The notes: generated from the letters alone by a model not told the origin. A stretch of DNA of 32,000 nt from Mycoplasma mycoides subsp. capri (GCF_018389705.1 NZ_CP065581.1:480001-512000); one strand, 5' to 3'; counted from the first letter of the stretch, positions 1 through 11,122 are shown. Program-made: numbers and translations.

Positions 1-3
1 AAA

Positions 4-441
4 ATGAAAAAGTTAATTACAATTTTAAGTTCATTTGGATTAGTTATTACAACTGGTACAACTGCAGTTGCTTGTAAGAATAATCAACCAAGTAGTTTGA
101 AACCTACAACAGAAGATCAAAATACAAGTTTAACTTCTACTCCAGAAAATAACGGATTAGAAAATACAGATTCAATTCAAAATAAAGAAGAAGAATTAAC
201 AAAAGTTAGAGCTCAACTAGCGCAATTAGAAGATGCTGAACAAAAAGCTAAAAAAATATTAGGACAAATTGATGAAGGTAATAAGAAAGCAAATGAAACA
301 TCTGAAAAAGAAAAAATTAAAAACGATGTAGAAAAATTAAATGCACAAAAATTAGAAGTTGAAAATGCACTTAAAAAAATAAAAGAAATTAAACAACAAC
401 TAGAATCTAAATTAAAAACCTTAGAAGGAAAAAACAACTAA
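4..441 (+). CDS. Small predicted lipoprotein with coiled-coil C-terminal half
   Basis: ORF MKKLITILSSFGLVITTGTTAVACKNN...; N-terminal signal with lipobox-like AVAC, then a charged heptad-like region. Confidence 0.85.
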   Translation: MKKLITILSSFGLVITTGTTAVACKNNQPSSLKPTTEDQNTSLTSTPENNGLENTDSIQNKEEELTKVRAQLAQLEDAEQKAKKILGQIDEGNKKANETSEKEKIKNDVEKLNAQKLEVENALKKIKEIKQQLESKLKTLEGKNN

Positions 442-470
442 ACTTAATCTATTTTTTCTAATTAAAAACA

Positions 471-495
471 AAGGCTTGGATAATTTCCAAGCCTT
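471..495. terminator. Bidirectional intrinsic terminator between convergent genes
   Basis: 10-bp stem AAGGCTTGGA / TCCAAGCCTT, loop TAATT, followed by T-rich sequence. Confidence 0.8.
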
Positions 496-514
496 TTATT
501 ATATTAATTTTTTT

Positions 515-2572
515 CTAGTATTTTTTAATGAACTTAACTTCTGTAATTTCATAAGGTTTGTCTTGAGATTCTAATCTTAAAACAGGTATTTCATGACCAA
601 ATACATCTTTTTTAATTTTGATTCCAACTACATAGTAAGTTTTATCATTTCATTTAACTTGTTGATATAGTTTAACTGGTTTATTTAATTCTATAACTTT
701 TGGAGTTTCATTATTTTTATTAGGATTTAAAGCTACTTGTTGATTTGTAATAACTTCATTATTTGAAGTTTGATCAGCTTGAGATGAAGTTATATCTAAA
801 TTATTAGTTTCTTGATCAACTGAATCATTTGTTTTAATAGTTTTATTTCTAATTTCTTGATCTGTTTTTGAATCTAAAAAGTCTTTATCATTACTATATT
901 CTTTTAAATCAGTTTCAGGACTAATAGTTCAAATTTTATTATTTATAGTTTGATTAGTTTTAATTAATGGTTCTTGATTATTAGTTTGTTTTAGATCAGT
1001 TTCTGGTTGATTAATTCATAATTTATTTATTTCAGTTTGATTTGAAATATTATTATCTAATTGTTCAGTTAATTCTTCTTGGTTTTGATCACAAGAACTT
1101 TGACAATCACAATTAGTTATACTACATTCACAACCATCTTTTTTATTACATTCTTCTTGACAGTTTGAATTATCTACACAACATTTATTTTCTGTACAAC
1201 ACTTATCAGTTTTGCATTCTTTAATAGAACAAGAATTATTTTCATCACATTTTTTATTTTCACAAGAATTGTTGTTATTAGATTCTTCACAGCATTTGTC
1301 TTGAACACAGTTTTTATTTTCACAAGAATTATTTTCACTACATTTATTTTCTTCACAACATAAATTATCAGAACATTTATCTTGTTTTTCACATTCACAA
1401 TCTTGTTCATCTTGACAAGTATTTTCAACTTCACAACAAGCTTTTTGATCACAAGAATCATCAGAGCATTCTTCTACTTTTTCTTCACAAGTTTTATCAC
1501 ATTCACATTTATCTTCTTGTTTTTCTTCAACTCAATGTTCTGTGCTTAGTTCATGTTCTTTATTAAAATCTTCTTCATTTATATGCGCGTTTTCTTCAAC
1601 TCAGTGTTCTTTACTTAATTCTTCAACTTGATTATTATCAACTAGTTCTTCTGGATTTTGAACTATTGGTTCGCTAATTAATTTTTGATCTAAACTAGTA
1701 TTAGTTTGTTGATCATTTTCAATTCAACTATCTTTTGTTATATCTATTTTTTTGATTAAATCACTAGTTAAATCTTTTTCTTCAATTCATGAATCTTTAG
1801 TTAAATCTTGTTCATCTAAAGTTGGTTCAATTTCTTGTTTTATTTCTTGGTTGTTTTTACTACCATTTTGAATTTCTCATTTATCAATATTAACAGTAGC
1901 TGTACCAAATTCTTCTGGATCTAGTTCAATTTCTTCTAGTTCTTCTAGTTTTTGATTAGCTAATAATATATCATCAAGATCATCTTTTAAACTTTCATCA
2001 CTATTAGTTTTTAAATCATCTAAATTAATAGTTGAATTTTGATAAAAAGTATTATCACTAGTAATTAAGTTAACTAAATCTAAATCTTTATCTAGAATTT
2101 CTTCAACTTGTTCTTCATTAGTTTGATCTTGTAAAAATTCTTCAAAGTTATTTATTTTAGTTTGACTATCTAAAGGTGATTCTTCATAAACATGATATTT
2201 AGCTTTTTGTTTTCTAAAATATTGATCTAATCAAGTTTGGTGTTTTTTTCTTTGTTGATAATCACTTAAATTATCAGAATTAGTTTGTATACTATTTGTT
2301 TCTACTAAAGAAGAATTATCATCAAGATCTTGTTGGTATTTATCTAAAAACTTTAAAAATGCTTCAGATTTGTTTTTATTTTTTTGATCTAATCAAATAA
2401 TATATTTAATATATTTATCAATAGTTTGAATCATATAAGGTTCATAATCTATTAAATCAATTGCTAACATTTCTTTAATAGTATCAAAATCAAATTTTTT
2501 AATAGAAACATAATAATCAATTTTATTAATTAAAACATCAGTTAAATATTGTTTGACTTCTTTTTTTGCCAT
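515..2572 (-). CDS. Acidic 685-aa hypothetical protein with a central Cys-rich segment and repeated W-I/V-E motifs
   Basis: Continuous ORF with UGA=Trp, from MAKKEVKQYLTDVLINKIDYY to ...ITEVKFIKKY*. Contains KDSWIEE, KDSWIEN, KEHWVEE, TEHWVEE and ~33 Cys in ~140 residues. Confidence 0.85.
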
Positions 2573-2723
2573 AGCTTTAATCCTAATTTTCTTCTATTCT
2601 TTCTATATTATAGTTTATATAAAATATACATGTATAAAGTTAGTAAAAAATCAATATTTATTATTAAATTATCTATATAAGCAATTTTTGCTATAATTTT
2701 TAAGTTATAGAAAGTCTGGTTTT

Positions 2724-4370
2724 ATGAAAAAAGTTTTTAGTTATTTTTTAATAATTCTAATATTTTTTACTAGCTTATTTTTTATTAATAATAAAAATCA
2801 AAACCAAGTTAATTTAACTTATAATACTCAATTTAATGATGATGACAATAATGAGACTAATAAAAACTCTATTAAAGAATTTTTATGGGGAGGAAAAGCG
2901 TTAAGATATTTTTTATACAAAAACTCAACAGCTCAAACTAATAAAAGTTTTAATCAATTTACAGATAATTTATTAGCTAATTTTGAAAGAGTTTTTGAAA
3001 AAAGAACAAAGAGAAATTTTTATAAACAACAATATATTACTGAATTACAATCAGAAGAATTTAAACATGCCATTTTATCAAGTATTTTAGTAACTTCAGC
3101 ATATGGTTCAACTTCACCAGAAGAATTTTTTGCTGAATCATTTAGTAGGTATGTTTCAGCTAATGAAAAACAAAAAAATCTTACTTGATATTTATTAGAA
3201 CACTTTTTTACTAAAACTTTTTATAAGTTAAAACAACAAAATATTGGTATTTTACCATCAAATGATAAAGAGATAAATTGAAAAAAAATCAAAAATGTTA
3301 TTGATAGTGAAAATGATGTTAAATATAAATATGAATTAGAACCAGAAAATCACACTTTAAATTCTGAATATGATCGATTAAATTATTTTGATTTAGGTTA
3401 TCATACTAATCAATATGGATATAATAATGGTTTATATATTTTTGAAACTATTAATTATATTTATAAAAACACTTTTGCACCTCAAATTAGTAATTTAGAT
3501 TTTTTAAATCTTGATAGAAGTGTTTTAAATGGAGATAGATTTGCTCATTATTATAGAGATAATTATGATATTTTTTCAGATTATATGAAACTAAATTTAT
3601 ATAAACCAAAAAATATTATTACTACAAATTCTAATGATCAGTTTTTTAAAGATTTTGATCAATTAGATGCTTATTGAAAAGAAAAATCAAAATTTAATTT
3701 TGGTAAAAGTAGTGCTATTCAAATTAAAGAAAATCTTGAAAATATTTGAAATGCTATTCCTAAACCAAAAACTTTAAATAAAGATTATTTTGATTTAGAT
3801 AAATTAAAAACTAATACAGTTCATTTATTTAATACTTTACAAAAAGTTACTCATAATAATTTAGATAATATTTTTATTAACTTAATTTTAACTAATGATG
3901 ATAGATTTAAAGTTAATAATAATCTTTTAGATCCAAAAATTAAAGGAATAACTAGTACTAGTTTTTCAAAAAATACTTTGTCTTCTTCATATAGTTATGT
4001 ATTAATTAAAGCTGATAGTTTTAATAAAGCTGAAAACCAAGAACAATATGATAGATCTTGATTTGCTTCAAATAATCAATTTCAAACTTTAAATCATGAA
4101 TTTGGTCATGTTTTAGATAGTTTTTTAGCTTTAAATTCTTATCAAACCCAACTTAATAAAAATACATTTTCTAGTTTAAGCTTTTGAGCAGATCATCAAC
4201 AAGCAAATCTATATCATGGAAATATAGTTATTAGTAAAAATAGAAATTGAAGTTTATATAGTATTTTTATTATTGGAGTTATTGGAATTAATTTAGTTCT
4301 ACTTATTTTATATATTGGATATGATAAAATCTTTAAACCAAAAAATAAAAAAACTATTGTAATAAAATAA
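2724..4370 (+). CDS. Predicted membrane-anchored zinc metalloprotease-like protein (HEFGH motif, anthrax lethal-factor-like motifs in permuted order), 548 aa
   Basis: ORF with UGA=Trp; N-terminal TM segment, SAYGSTSPEEFFAESFSRYV near the N-terminus, LNHEFGHVLDSF near the C-terminus, then a C-terminal TM segment. Confidence 0.8.
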
Positions 4371-4374
4371 TCTT

Positions 4375-4959
4375 ATGGAAAATAAAATAAATCATAAAAC
4401 TTATAAGTCATTAAAATATTTACTAACAATTAGTAGTGTTATTTTAGCAATTTGTTTGTTATTAGTTTTTGTTCAATTTACAAAAGCTAAACCTCTTTTT
4501 ATTAGCTTAACTCCTTTTATTAGTTTATTAGTGATTTTATTAATACTAAGTTTTACTTGTTTACTAGTTTATATAATTTATCGAATGAAAATCTTAAAAA
4601 CTAGTAATTATAAATATATAAAAAAAGAAATTATTTATCTATATACTAGTTTTAGTTTATATATATTTAGTTTTATATTAACTGTAATTTATTTAATAAT
4701 TGCTTTATTAATTAAAAATAGTGAATCTATTAGAATAATGTTTTATGTAGTTATAAGTATCTTTTTTATATGTATTATACTAAGTAGTGTTTTTGAAACT
4801 TTATCAAGATTAAAAGAACAAATTTTATTATACAAACAACAATATCAATTTCAACAAGAATTAAAACTAAATAAAGAAACTGATAATAAAGAACAGATTA
4901 ATAAAGAAGTAATTAATAATAACAATAATCAATCTAAAAATCCTTTTATAGAAGATTAA
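4375..4959 (+). CDS. Multi-pass (about 4 TM) membrane protein, 194 aa
   Basis: ATG 4 nt downstream of the previous stop; several strongly hydrophobic segments. Confidence 0.8.
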   Translation: MENKINHKTYKSLKYLLTISSVILAICLLLVFVQFTKAKPLFISLTPFISLLVILLILSFTCLLVYIIYRMKILKTSNYKYIKKEIIYLYTSFSLYIFSFILTVIYLIIALLIKNSESIRIMFYVVISIFFICIILSSVFETLSRLKEQILLYKQQYQFQQELKLNKETDNKEQINKEVINNNNNQSKNPFIED

Positions 4960-4992
4960 AAAAATCGTAACTAATTTAAAGTTACGATTTTT
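4960..4992. terminator. Intrinsic terminator
   Basis: AAAAATCGTAAC / GTTACGATTTTT perfect 12-bp stem with short loop and T run, between convergent genes. Confidence 0.8.
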
Positions 4993-5780
4993 TCTTTTTT
5001 CTTATTTTTAATTTTAAATATCAAGTTATTAATTAATAAAATAATTAAATGATTTAATGTTAATCAAATAACAAATATTATTCAAATTAATATTAAATAA
5101 CCAATTTTTGAATTACCTATATATGGTGTTGTAAAATCTAAAAATTCATAAGGATAAATAAAATTATCAATATTTTTATCTTTTAAATAAATTTGAGCTC
5201 TCATTAAAACAAAAAGTGTGTAAAAAAATGGATAAGAATAAACTCAAAATAACTCTTTTATATTTTTATAAAACTTTTTAATTTCATACTTATTATTACC
5301 TGATTCAAATAAGTAAATAAATAATAACAATAATGGAATTATAAAATGAGTAATAACTGTTGAAAAGATTTGCGTTTTTGTAAGATATGGTAATTGTCCT
5401 GCAATTGTATTTTTAAACCCAATAATACCAATTCAAAAAATCATAAAATCTAATAAATTTCAATTCAAAATAATATTTCTAGTTCTTTGAGTATTAATAT
5501 TTGAATTTGGATTTTTATAATTAATTACAACAATTAGTAAATAAATTGTAGTTATAATACTTACTTGTACTGAAAAAAAGCTTAATAAAATATCATAATT
5601 AATTAGTCTTGTAGGTTGGTATAAATTATTTGATTCAAAATACCATTGTTCTTTTAAAATACCATTAAAAAAAGCATTAATTAAAGTAATACCAGACAAT
5701 AACATTACAAATAACTGAAAATATCATTTTCAATTTACAAATCTACTGTTTTTTAATTTAGTTTTTCAATCAAATTTCAT
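4971..5780 (-). CDS. Multi-pass membrane protein (possibly DUF1600-like), 269 aa
   Basis: ORF MKFDWKTKLKNSRFVNWKWYFQLFVMLLSG... with about 6 hydrophobic helices; stop codon lies inside the terminator hairpin. Confidence 0.7.
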
Positions 5781-5873
5781 GACAAATATATATTAACACT
5801 TTATTAAGATGATAAATTAACAAATTATTTAAATGGCTTTAAAAAGTAATATTATAAAGTTATAGAGGTAGTT

Positions 5874-7031
5874 ATGATATTAAAAAATGCCAAAATTGTT
5901 TTAGAAGATAAAATCATTAATAATGGTTATTTAATTATTAAAGATAAAAAAATAGTTGAAATTGGATCTGATTATAAAAAAAAGAATGGAATTGATTTAA
6001 ATAATCAGTGATTATTACCAGGATTTATTGATTGTCATGTTCATGGTGGTTATGGAGTTGATTTTGAAACTGGAAATAAGAATAGATTTAAACATTTTGC
6101 AGATAACATAATAAAAGAAGGAGTTACTAGATATATTCAAACAAGTGTAACTAATAGTGTTAAAAAAAACAATCAAATATATAAAGAATTTGGAGAGTTT
6201 ATAAAATTAAATAATGGTAAAGCCAAATGTCTGGGAGCTCATTTAGAAGGACCTTTTATTTCTAAATTTAAAAAAGGTGCTCATCAAGAAAATTTATTAT
6301 TAACTCCAGATATTAAATTAACTGAAAAATGAAATAAATTATCTAATAATAGTTTAAAAATAGTGACTTATGCTAGTGAATTAGATAATGGTTCTTATCT
6401 TCAGTTTTTGATTAATAATCAAATTATTCCAAGTATTGGTCATTCTAATTTAAAAGCAAATCAATTTGAACAAGTCTATTTATTAGGTGTTAGACATATT
6501 ACTCATTTATTTAATGCAATGAGTGGAGTTGATCAACATAATCCTGGTTTAGTTGTAGCTAGTTTTAATCATAAAGATGTTTTATGTGAAATTATAAGTG
6601 ATGGAATTCATTTAGATAAAGAGATTTTAAAAATGATTTATAATTTTAAAACTGCAGATAATTTATGTATTATAACTGATGCTATGAATGCTAAAGGTTT
6701 AGATGATGGTATATATAAATTAGGTGATTTAGAAGTTTATAAAAAAGGTATAGAAATTAGATTAACTAATAATAATGCTTTAGCTGGAGCTGGAGCAACT
6801 TATGATCATAATATAAGAGTTATAAAACAAGTTTGTGATGTTAAAATGACTGATTTAATTAAAATGACTTCTATTAATATAGCTAAACAATTAAATATTT
6901 TTGATACTGTAGGAAGTATAGAAGTTAATAAATTAGCTGATTTAGTAGTTTTAGATGATGATTTATATGTTAATAAAGTACTAGTTGAAGGTAAAATAGT
7001 TTTTAAAAATAGTAAAAATAAAAAAATATAA
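5874..7031 (+). CDS. nagA: N-acetylglucosamine-6-phosphate deacetylase
   Basis: ORF (385 aa) with GFIDCHVHGGYGVDF, GAHLEGPF, GHSNLKANQ, THLFNAMSG, ITDAMNAKG and LNKLADLVVLD motifs of the NagA amidohydrolase family. Confidence 0.93.
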
Positions 7032-7082
7032 AAGTTTTTTAGATGTTATATAATAAAACTAGAAGATAGGAGAAAAAACAAA

Positions 7083-8039
7083 ATGAAGAAAACCGCAAAT
7101 AAAGTTGTTCTTATTGGAGCAGGAGCTGTTGGAACATCATTTTTATATGCAGCAATTAACCAAGGAATTGCTGAACACTACGTATTAATTGATGCATTCC
7201 CACAACCAGCTGAAGGAAACGCTTTAGATCTTTCAGATACATTAGCAGTTATTCCTCACTCATTTACTTCAATTAAAGCAGGAACTTATGAAGATTGTAA
7301 AGATGCTGATGTTGTTGTAATTACAGCAGGAAGACCACAAAAACCAGGTGAAACTAGATTAGAAATGGTTGCTGGAAATGCTGAAATTATGAAAAATATT
7401 GCAACTGAAGTTAAAAAATCAGGATTTGATGGAATTACTGTAATTGCTTCTAACCCAGTTGATGTAATAACTCATGTATATCAAAAAGTAACTGGTTTTG
7501 ATCCACATAAAGTTATTGGATCTGGAACTACTTTAGATTCAGCAAGACTAAGAAGATTAGTTGGTCAAAAATTAAATATTAAACCAGAATCAGTTCAAGC
7601 TTATGTTGCTGGAGAACATGGTGATTCTTCAGTTGCAATTTGATCTCAAGCAAATATCATGGGAAGACCTATTTTAGATTATGTAAAATGTGGTTGTTTA
7701 ACTTTAGAAGATTTAGATCAAATCCAAAAAGATACAGTTGATATGGCTTACAAGATCATCAATTTAAAAAGAGCTACATTCTATGGAATTGGAGCTTGCT
7801 TAACAAAGATAGTTAATGCAGTTTTAAGAGATGAAAAATCAACATTAATGGTTGGAGCACAATTAAATGGTGAATACAAAAACAAAGACCTATATACAGG
7901 AGTTCCAGCTATAATTGGTGCAAATGGTTGAGAAAGAATTATTGAATGAGATTTAACTAAAGAAGAACAAGAAAAATTTGACAAATCTTGTGAAACTTTA
8001 CACAAAACAATTGACTCAGTTAAACATTTATTTGAATAA
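7083..8039 (+). CDS. ldh: L-lactate dehydrogenase, 318 aa
   Basis: GAGAVGTSFLYA Rossmann motif, VVVITAGRPQKPGETR, NPVDVITH, IGSGTTLDSARLRR, GEHGDSSV; AGGAG ribosome-binding site upstream. Confidence 0.96.
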
Positions 8040-8120
8040 TAGTTTAAAATGTGAGTTGTTTTTAAATAAAAATTTGACAAAATAATACCAAAATAATATA
8101 AAAGATAATAACAATAATAA

Positions 8121-8157
8121 AAAAATGCAGGTTTTCCTCCTCTATACCTGCATTTTT
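8121..8157. terminator. Bidirectional intrinsic terminator
   Basis: AAAAATGCAGG ... CCTGCATTTTT inverted repeat between convergent genes. Confidence 0.8.
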
Positions 8158-8164
8158 TATTTAA

Positions 8165-8920
8165 TTATTTTTTCTTTTTTAGTTTATATATTAATATAGC
8201 ACTTGTTATAAAACCAATTACTAATAGTAATGAAATTAGAATAAATACTCATAATTCTGAATTAAATATAAAACTTGATTTAGTTTTATTTCATCCATAA
8301 TTAATAATTGTTACTGGATAAGTATAAGGTAAAAATAAAGAAATTATTTTTAAAACATTTGATCCAATTATAACTTTTATTGGTAAATACATACCACTTA
8401 AAAAAGCAGGTGGTAAGTAAAACAACATAGAAAATGCATTAGCTATTTTATAATCTTTTGCTAAACTTCCAATTATTACTCCAATTGAAGAACATATAAT
8501 TGATAAAAAAATCACTCCAAGTATTATAAAACCAGCATGTATATTAACTAAATTTATTTGTGAGTGTCAAAAAATTAATGCAAAAATAAAAATTCAAATT
8601 GCACTTAATCAAGTTAAAATTGTAAAAAATGAAATAATACTAATAATAAATATTCAAGGTTTTAAAGGTAAAACTGTTATTCTTTTATAAATTATAGTTT
8701 GTTTTAAGTCACTAAAAGAAATTGATAAAGAAATAATTCCAACAACAGGACAAGCTGAAGCTATAATTCCTGGAATTAAATCATCAATATTAAAACTTGG
8801 TACTTTTGATAAAATTGCTAAAAACATACAAGGAAAAACAAATGAAAAGAAAATGTTATGAAAGGATTTTTTTCAATAATTAAATAGCAAGTTATACATT
8901 GCTTTAAATTGTTGTAACAT
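8165..8920 (-). CDS. ABC-2 type transporter permease, 251 aa
   Basis: Multi-TM ORF, MLQQFKAMYNLLFNYWKKSFHNIFFSFVFP..., with FYLPPAFLSGMYLPIKVI; start overlaps the upstream ATPase stop (TAATG). Confidence 0.85.
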
Positions 8921-9639
8921 TATTGCATTTCTCCTTTATTTAAGTCATTTGTTTTTGATAAGTAATATTCTAATAAAGTACCATATTGATTTAAGATTTT
9001 TTCAATTGGAGCATCATCAATAATTTTTCCTTTATCTAGAAATACTATACGATCACATAGTTGCTTTATTTCATCTAAATTATGACTAACTAGTATTAAA
9101 GTCATTTCTTTATCCTTAATTTCTTTTTTTAATAAATCAATAATTTCTAATTGAGCTTTTATATCTAATCCAGTTGTGATTTCATCACCTATATAAATTT
9201 CAGGTTTATTAAATAATGAAACAAATAAATTAACTCTTTGACGTTGACCACCAGATAAAGAACTGATTTTTTGTTTAAATAATTCTTTTAATTTAAACTT
9301 ATTAATCATTTGATCAAAGTAAGTTTTATCAATAATGTTTTTATATAAAGTTTTATAAAAATCTAAAAGTTCTTTTACATTAATAAAGTTTGGATAAGTT
9401 TGAGATTGGAAGTTTATTCCAATTTTAAAAGCAATTTCTTCTTTTTTAAAATCATATAAAACTTCACCACTACTTTGAGATTTAGTATTTGCTATAATTT
9501 CACATAATGTAGTTTTACCAGCTCCATTAGCTCCAAATATAGCAACACTTTCACCTTTGTTGATTTTTAAATTAATAGGTCCTAGAACTGTCTTTTTATT
9601 ATATTTTTTACTAACATTTTTAACTTCTATTAGGCTCAT
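8920..9639 (-). CDS. ABC transporter ATP-binding protein, 239 aa
   Basis: Walker A GANGAGKTT, signature LSGGQRQR, Walker B-like PEIYIGDEI, H-loop VSHN. Confidence 0.95.
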   Translation of the reverse strand: MSLIEVKNVSKKYNKKTVLGPINLKINKGESVAIFGANGAGKTTLCEIIANTKSQSSGEVLYDFKKEEIAFKIGINFQSQTYPNFINVKELLDFYKTLYKNIIDKTYFDQMINKFKLKELFKQKISSLSGGQRQRVNLFVSLFNKPEIYIGDEITTGLDIKAQLEIIDLLKKEIKDKEMTLILVSHNLDEIKQLCDRIVFLDKGKIIDDAPIEKILNQYGTLLEYYLSKTNDLNKGEMQ

Positions 9640-9712
9640 AAAACCCCCATCTAATGTTTTATTCTAGTACTTTGATTTTTAAAGAATTTAAATTTGCTTA
9701 CTTTAATAAAAA

Positions 9713-9733
9713 AACTTGCACTAAGTGCAAGTT
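9713..9733 (-). terminator. Intrinsic terminator for the minus-strand lipoprotein gene
   Basis: AACTTGCAC TAA GTGCAAGTT hairpin, followed by a U run on the minus strand. Confidence 0.7.
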
Positions 9734-9746
9734 GTAATTATGTTAT

Positions 9747-10859
9747 TTATTGATTTTTTGGCTTACCACCATTTAATCCATCTAATCAGCTGTTTGTTCT
9801 ATCTGAACCTTCAGCAGTTGGTTTAACTCTAGGTTTTCTAGAAACTGCAGAATCTCCATTATCTTTTTGTCTTCTTATATATTCTTCAAGTTCTTTTCTT
9901 GCTTTTCATTCTTTTGTTTCTTTAGTAGTATCTAGAACTTTAAAGTATTCTTCAGTTGTATTACTTGAATTAGTTGCGAATTCTTTATAAATTCTTTCTT
10001 TTTCAGCTTTATTTTTAGCTCAAGTTTTTTGTTCCTTAGTTGTATCTAAAATTTTAAAGTATTCTTCAGCAGTTGAACTAGCAGTATTTTCAAATTTTTC
10101 TCCTAGTTGTTTAAAGAATTTAATTTTTTCATATTTTTTAGCTCAATCTACTTTAGCTTTACTTATTGTTTCATCAAATAAATCTTTAGTAATATCAGAA
10201 GAAGCTTCAATAGCATCTAAAACATCAAAAACTTCTCAATCTTCATTTGCTCTTCTACTAATTTCATCATATTCAAGATTATGTTTTTCTAGTTGAATTT
10301 TATATTCATCATCAAGAAATCTTCCTGCATTATCTACAAAAGAAGCCATTGTTTTTTCATAAAGAATTTTAGCAGTTATTTTATCCATTTCAGCTTTTGA
10401 AACTTTTTCAATATGAGCTCTATTTCAAGATCTTGTCGCTTCACTTATTGTTTCATCAAATAATAATTGAGTATCGTTTGCTGAAGCAAGTGCAGCATTT
10501 CGCACAGGTTTTTTAACTGGTTTTTTTTCTGGAGTTTTTGGAGTCTCTGGTTTTTTTGGAGTTGTATTTTCTCCAGGTGTTTTTTCATCCTTATCCTTAG
10601 ATTTATCGTCATCTTTTGGTTTTTTAGTTGGATCTTTTTCTGGAGTTTTTGGTTCTGTATTTTCTTCAGGTGTTTTTCCGTCTTTATCTCCAGGTTTATT
10701 TCCATCTTTTGGCTCTTTAGATGGATCATTTGCTGGAGGATTTACTGAGTCAGGTTTTTTCTCATTATTATTTGGTTGAGATCTATTACATGCAACAACT
10801 AGAGCTCCCCCACTTGCAATAAGAGTTAAAGAACCTAATATTGTCAATAATTTTTTCAT
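9747..10859 (-). CDS. Predicted lipoprotein, Pro/Lys/Asp-rich stalk plus helical repeats, 370 aa
   Basis: MKKLLTILGSLTLIASGGALVVACNRSQ (lipobox VVAC); Pro-rich DPTKKPKDDDKSKDKDEKTPGENTTPKKPETPKTPEKKP; duplicated TAEEYFKILDTTKEQKTW / TTEEYFKVLDTTKETKEW. Confidence 0.9.
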
Positions 10860-10953
10860 TTTGCCCACCTACAATTTTGTTCTCATTTGTATATGCAACG
10901 CATATATCTTAAGTAATTCTACTATTTTAAAGGCTTTACATAGGCTTTTTAGC

Positions 10954-10972
10954 AAAAAAAAAAAAAAAAAAA
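10954..10972. repeat. 19-nt poly(A) homopolymer in the divergent intergenic region
   Basis: Direct count of 19 consecutive A between two divergent surface-protein genes. Confidence 0.9.
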
Positions 10973-10975
10973 GCA

Positions 10976-11004
10976 TTGCAAAATTTTATTTACTGTTATA
11001 TAAT
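10976..11004 (+). promoter_or_regulatory. Candidate sigma-A-type promoter (TTGCAA - 17 nt - TATAAT)
   Basis: Consensus-like -35/-10 with 17-bp spacing, starting 4 nt after the poly(A) tract. Confidence 0.5.
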
Positions 11005-11051
11005 TAATCACTTTTTTACAAATAAACTAGTGCACATCGTACTTTTTAATA

Positions 11052-11080
11052 TTGAACTATAAAAGTGTTTTTGATATACT
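11052..11080 (+). promoter_or_regulatory. Second candidate promoter (TTGAAC - 17 nt - TATACT) upstream of the DUF285 gene
   Basis: Consensus-like hexamers at optimal spacing about 40 nt upstream of ATG 11123. Confidence 0.5.
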
Positions 11081-11122
11081 TTTGTTTACTTTATATATTT
11101 TTATAAGAATGGAAAAGATTTA

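Noticed and set aside
213-437. Minus-strand ORF opposite the first lipoprotein
   Set aside because: Antisense to a convincing lipoprotein CDS, no start context or motif.
1174-1461. Plus-strand 95-aa ORF MILVIKKLVVKLKILVK...
   Set aside because: Antisense shadow of the Cys-rich minus-strand gene; composition (Val/Lys/Ile) results from complementing Cys/Glu/Asp codons.
4971-5000. Stop codon of the minus-strand membrane protein lying inside a terminator hairpin
   Set aside because: Unusual-looking but common in compact Mollicutes genomes with convergent genes; not treated as a separate finding.
7781-8080. Minus-strand 99-aa ORF over the end of ldh
   Set aside because: Overlaps well-supported ldh and has no recognisable features.
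10445-10729. Minus-strand 94-aa Lys/Leu-rich ORF
   Set aside because: Out-of-frame reading within the low-complexity stalk of the lipoprotein gene.
10888-10907. Small inverted repeat TATATGC AAC GCATATA in the lipoprotein leader
   Set aside because: Only about 7 bp per arm in AT-rich DNA; too weak to support as a regulatory element without conservation data.
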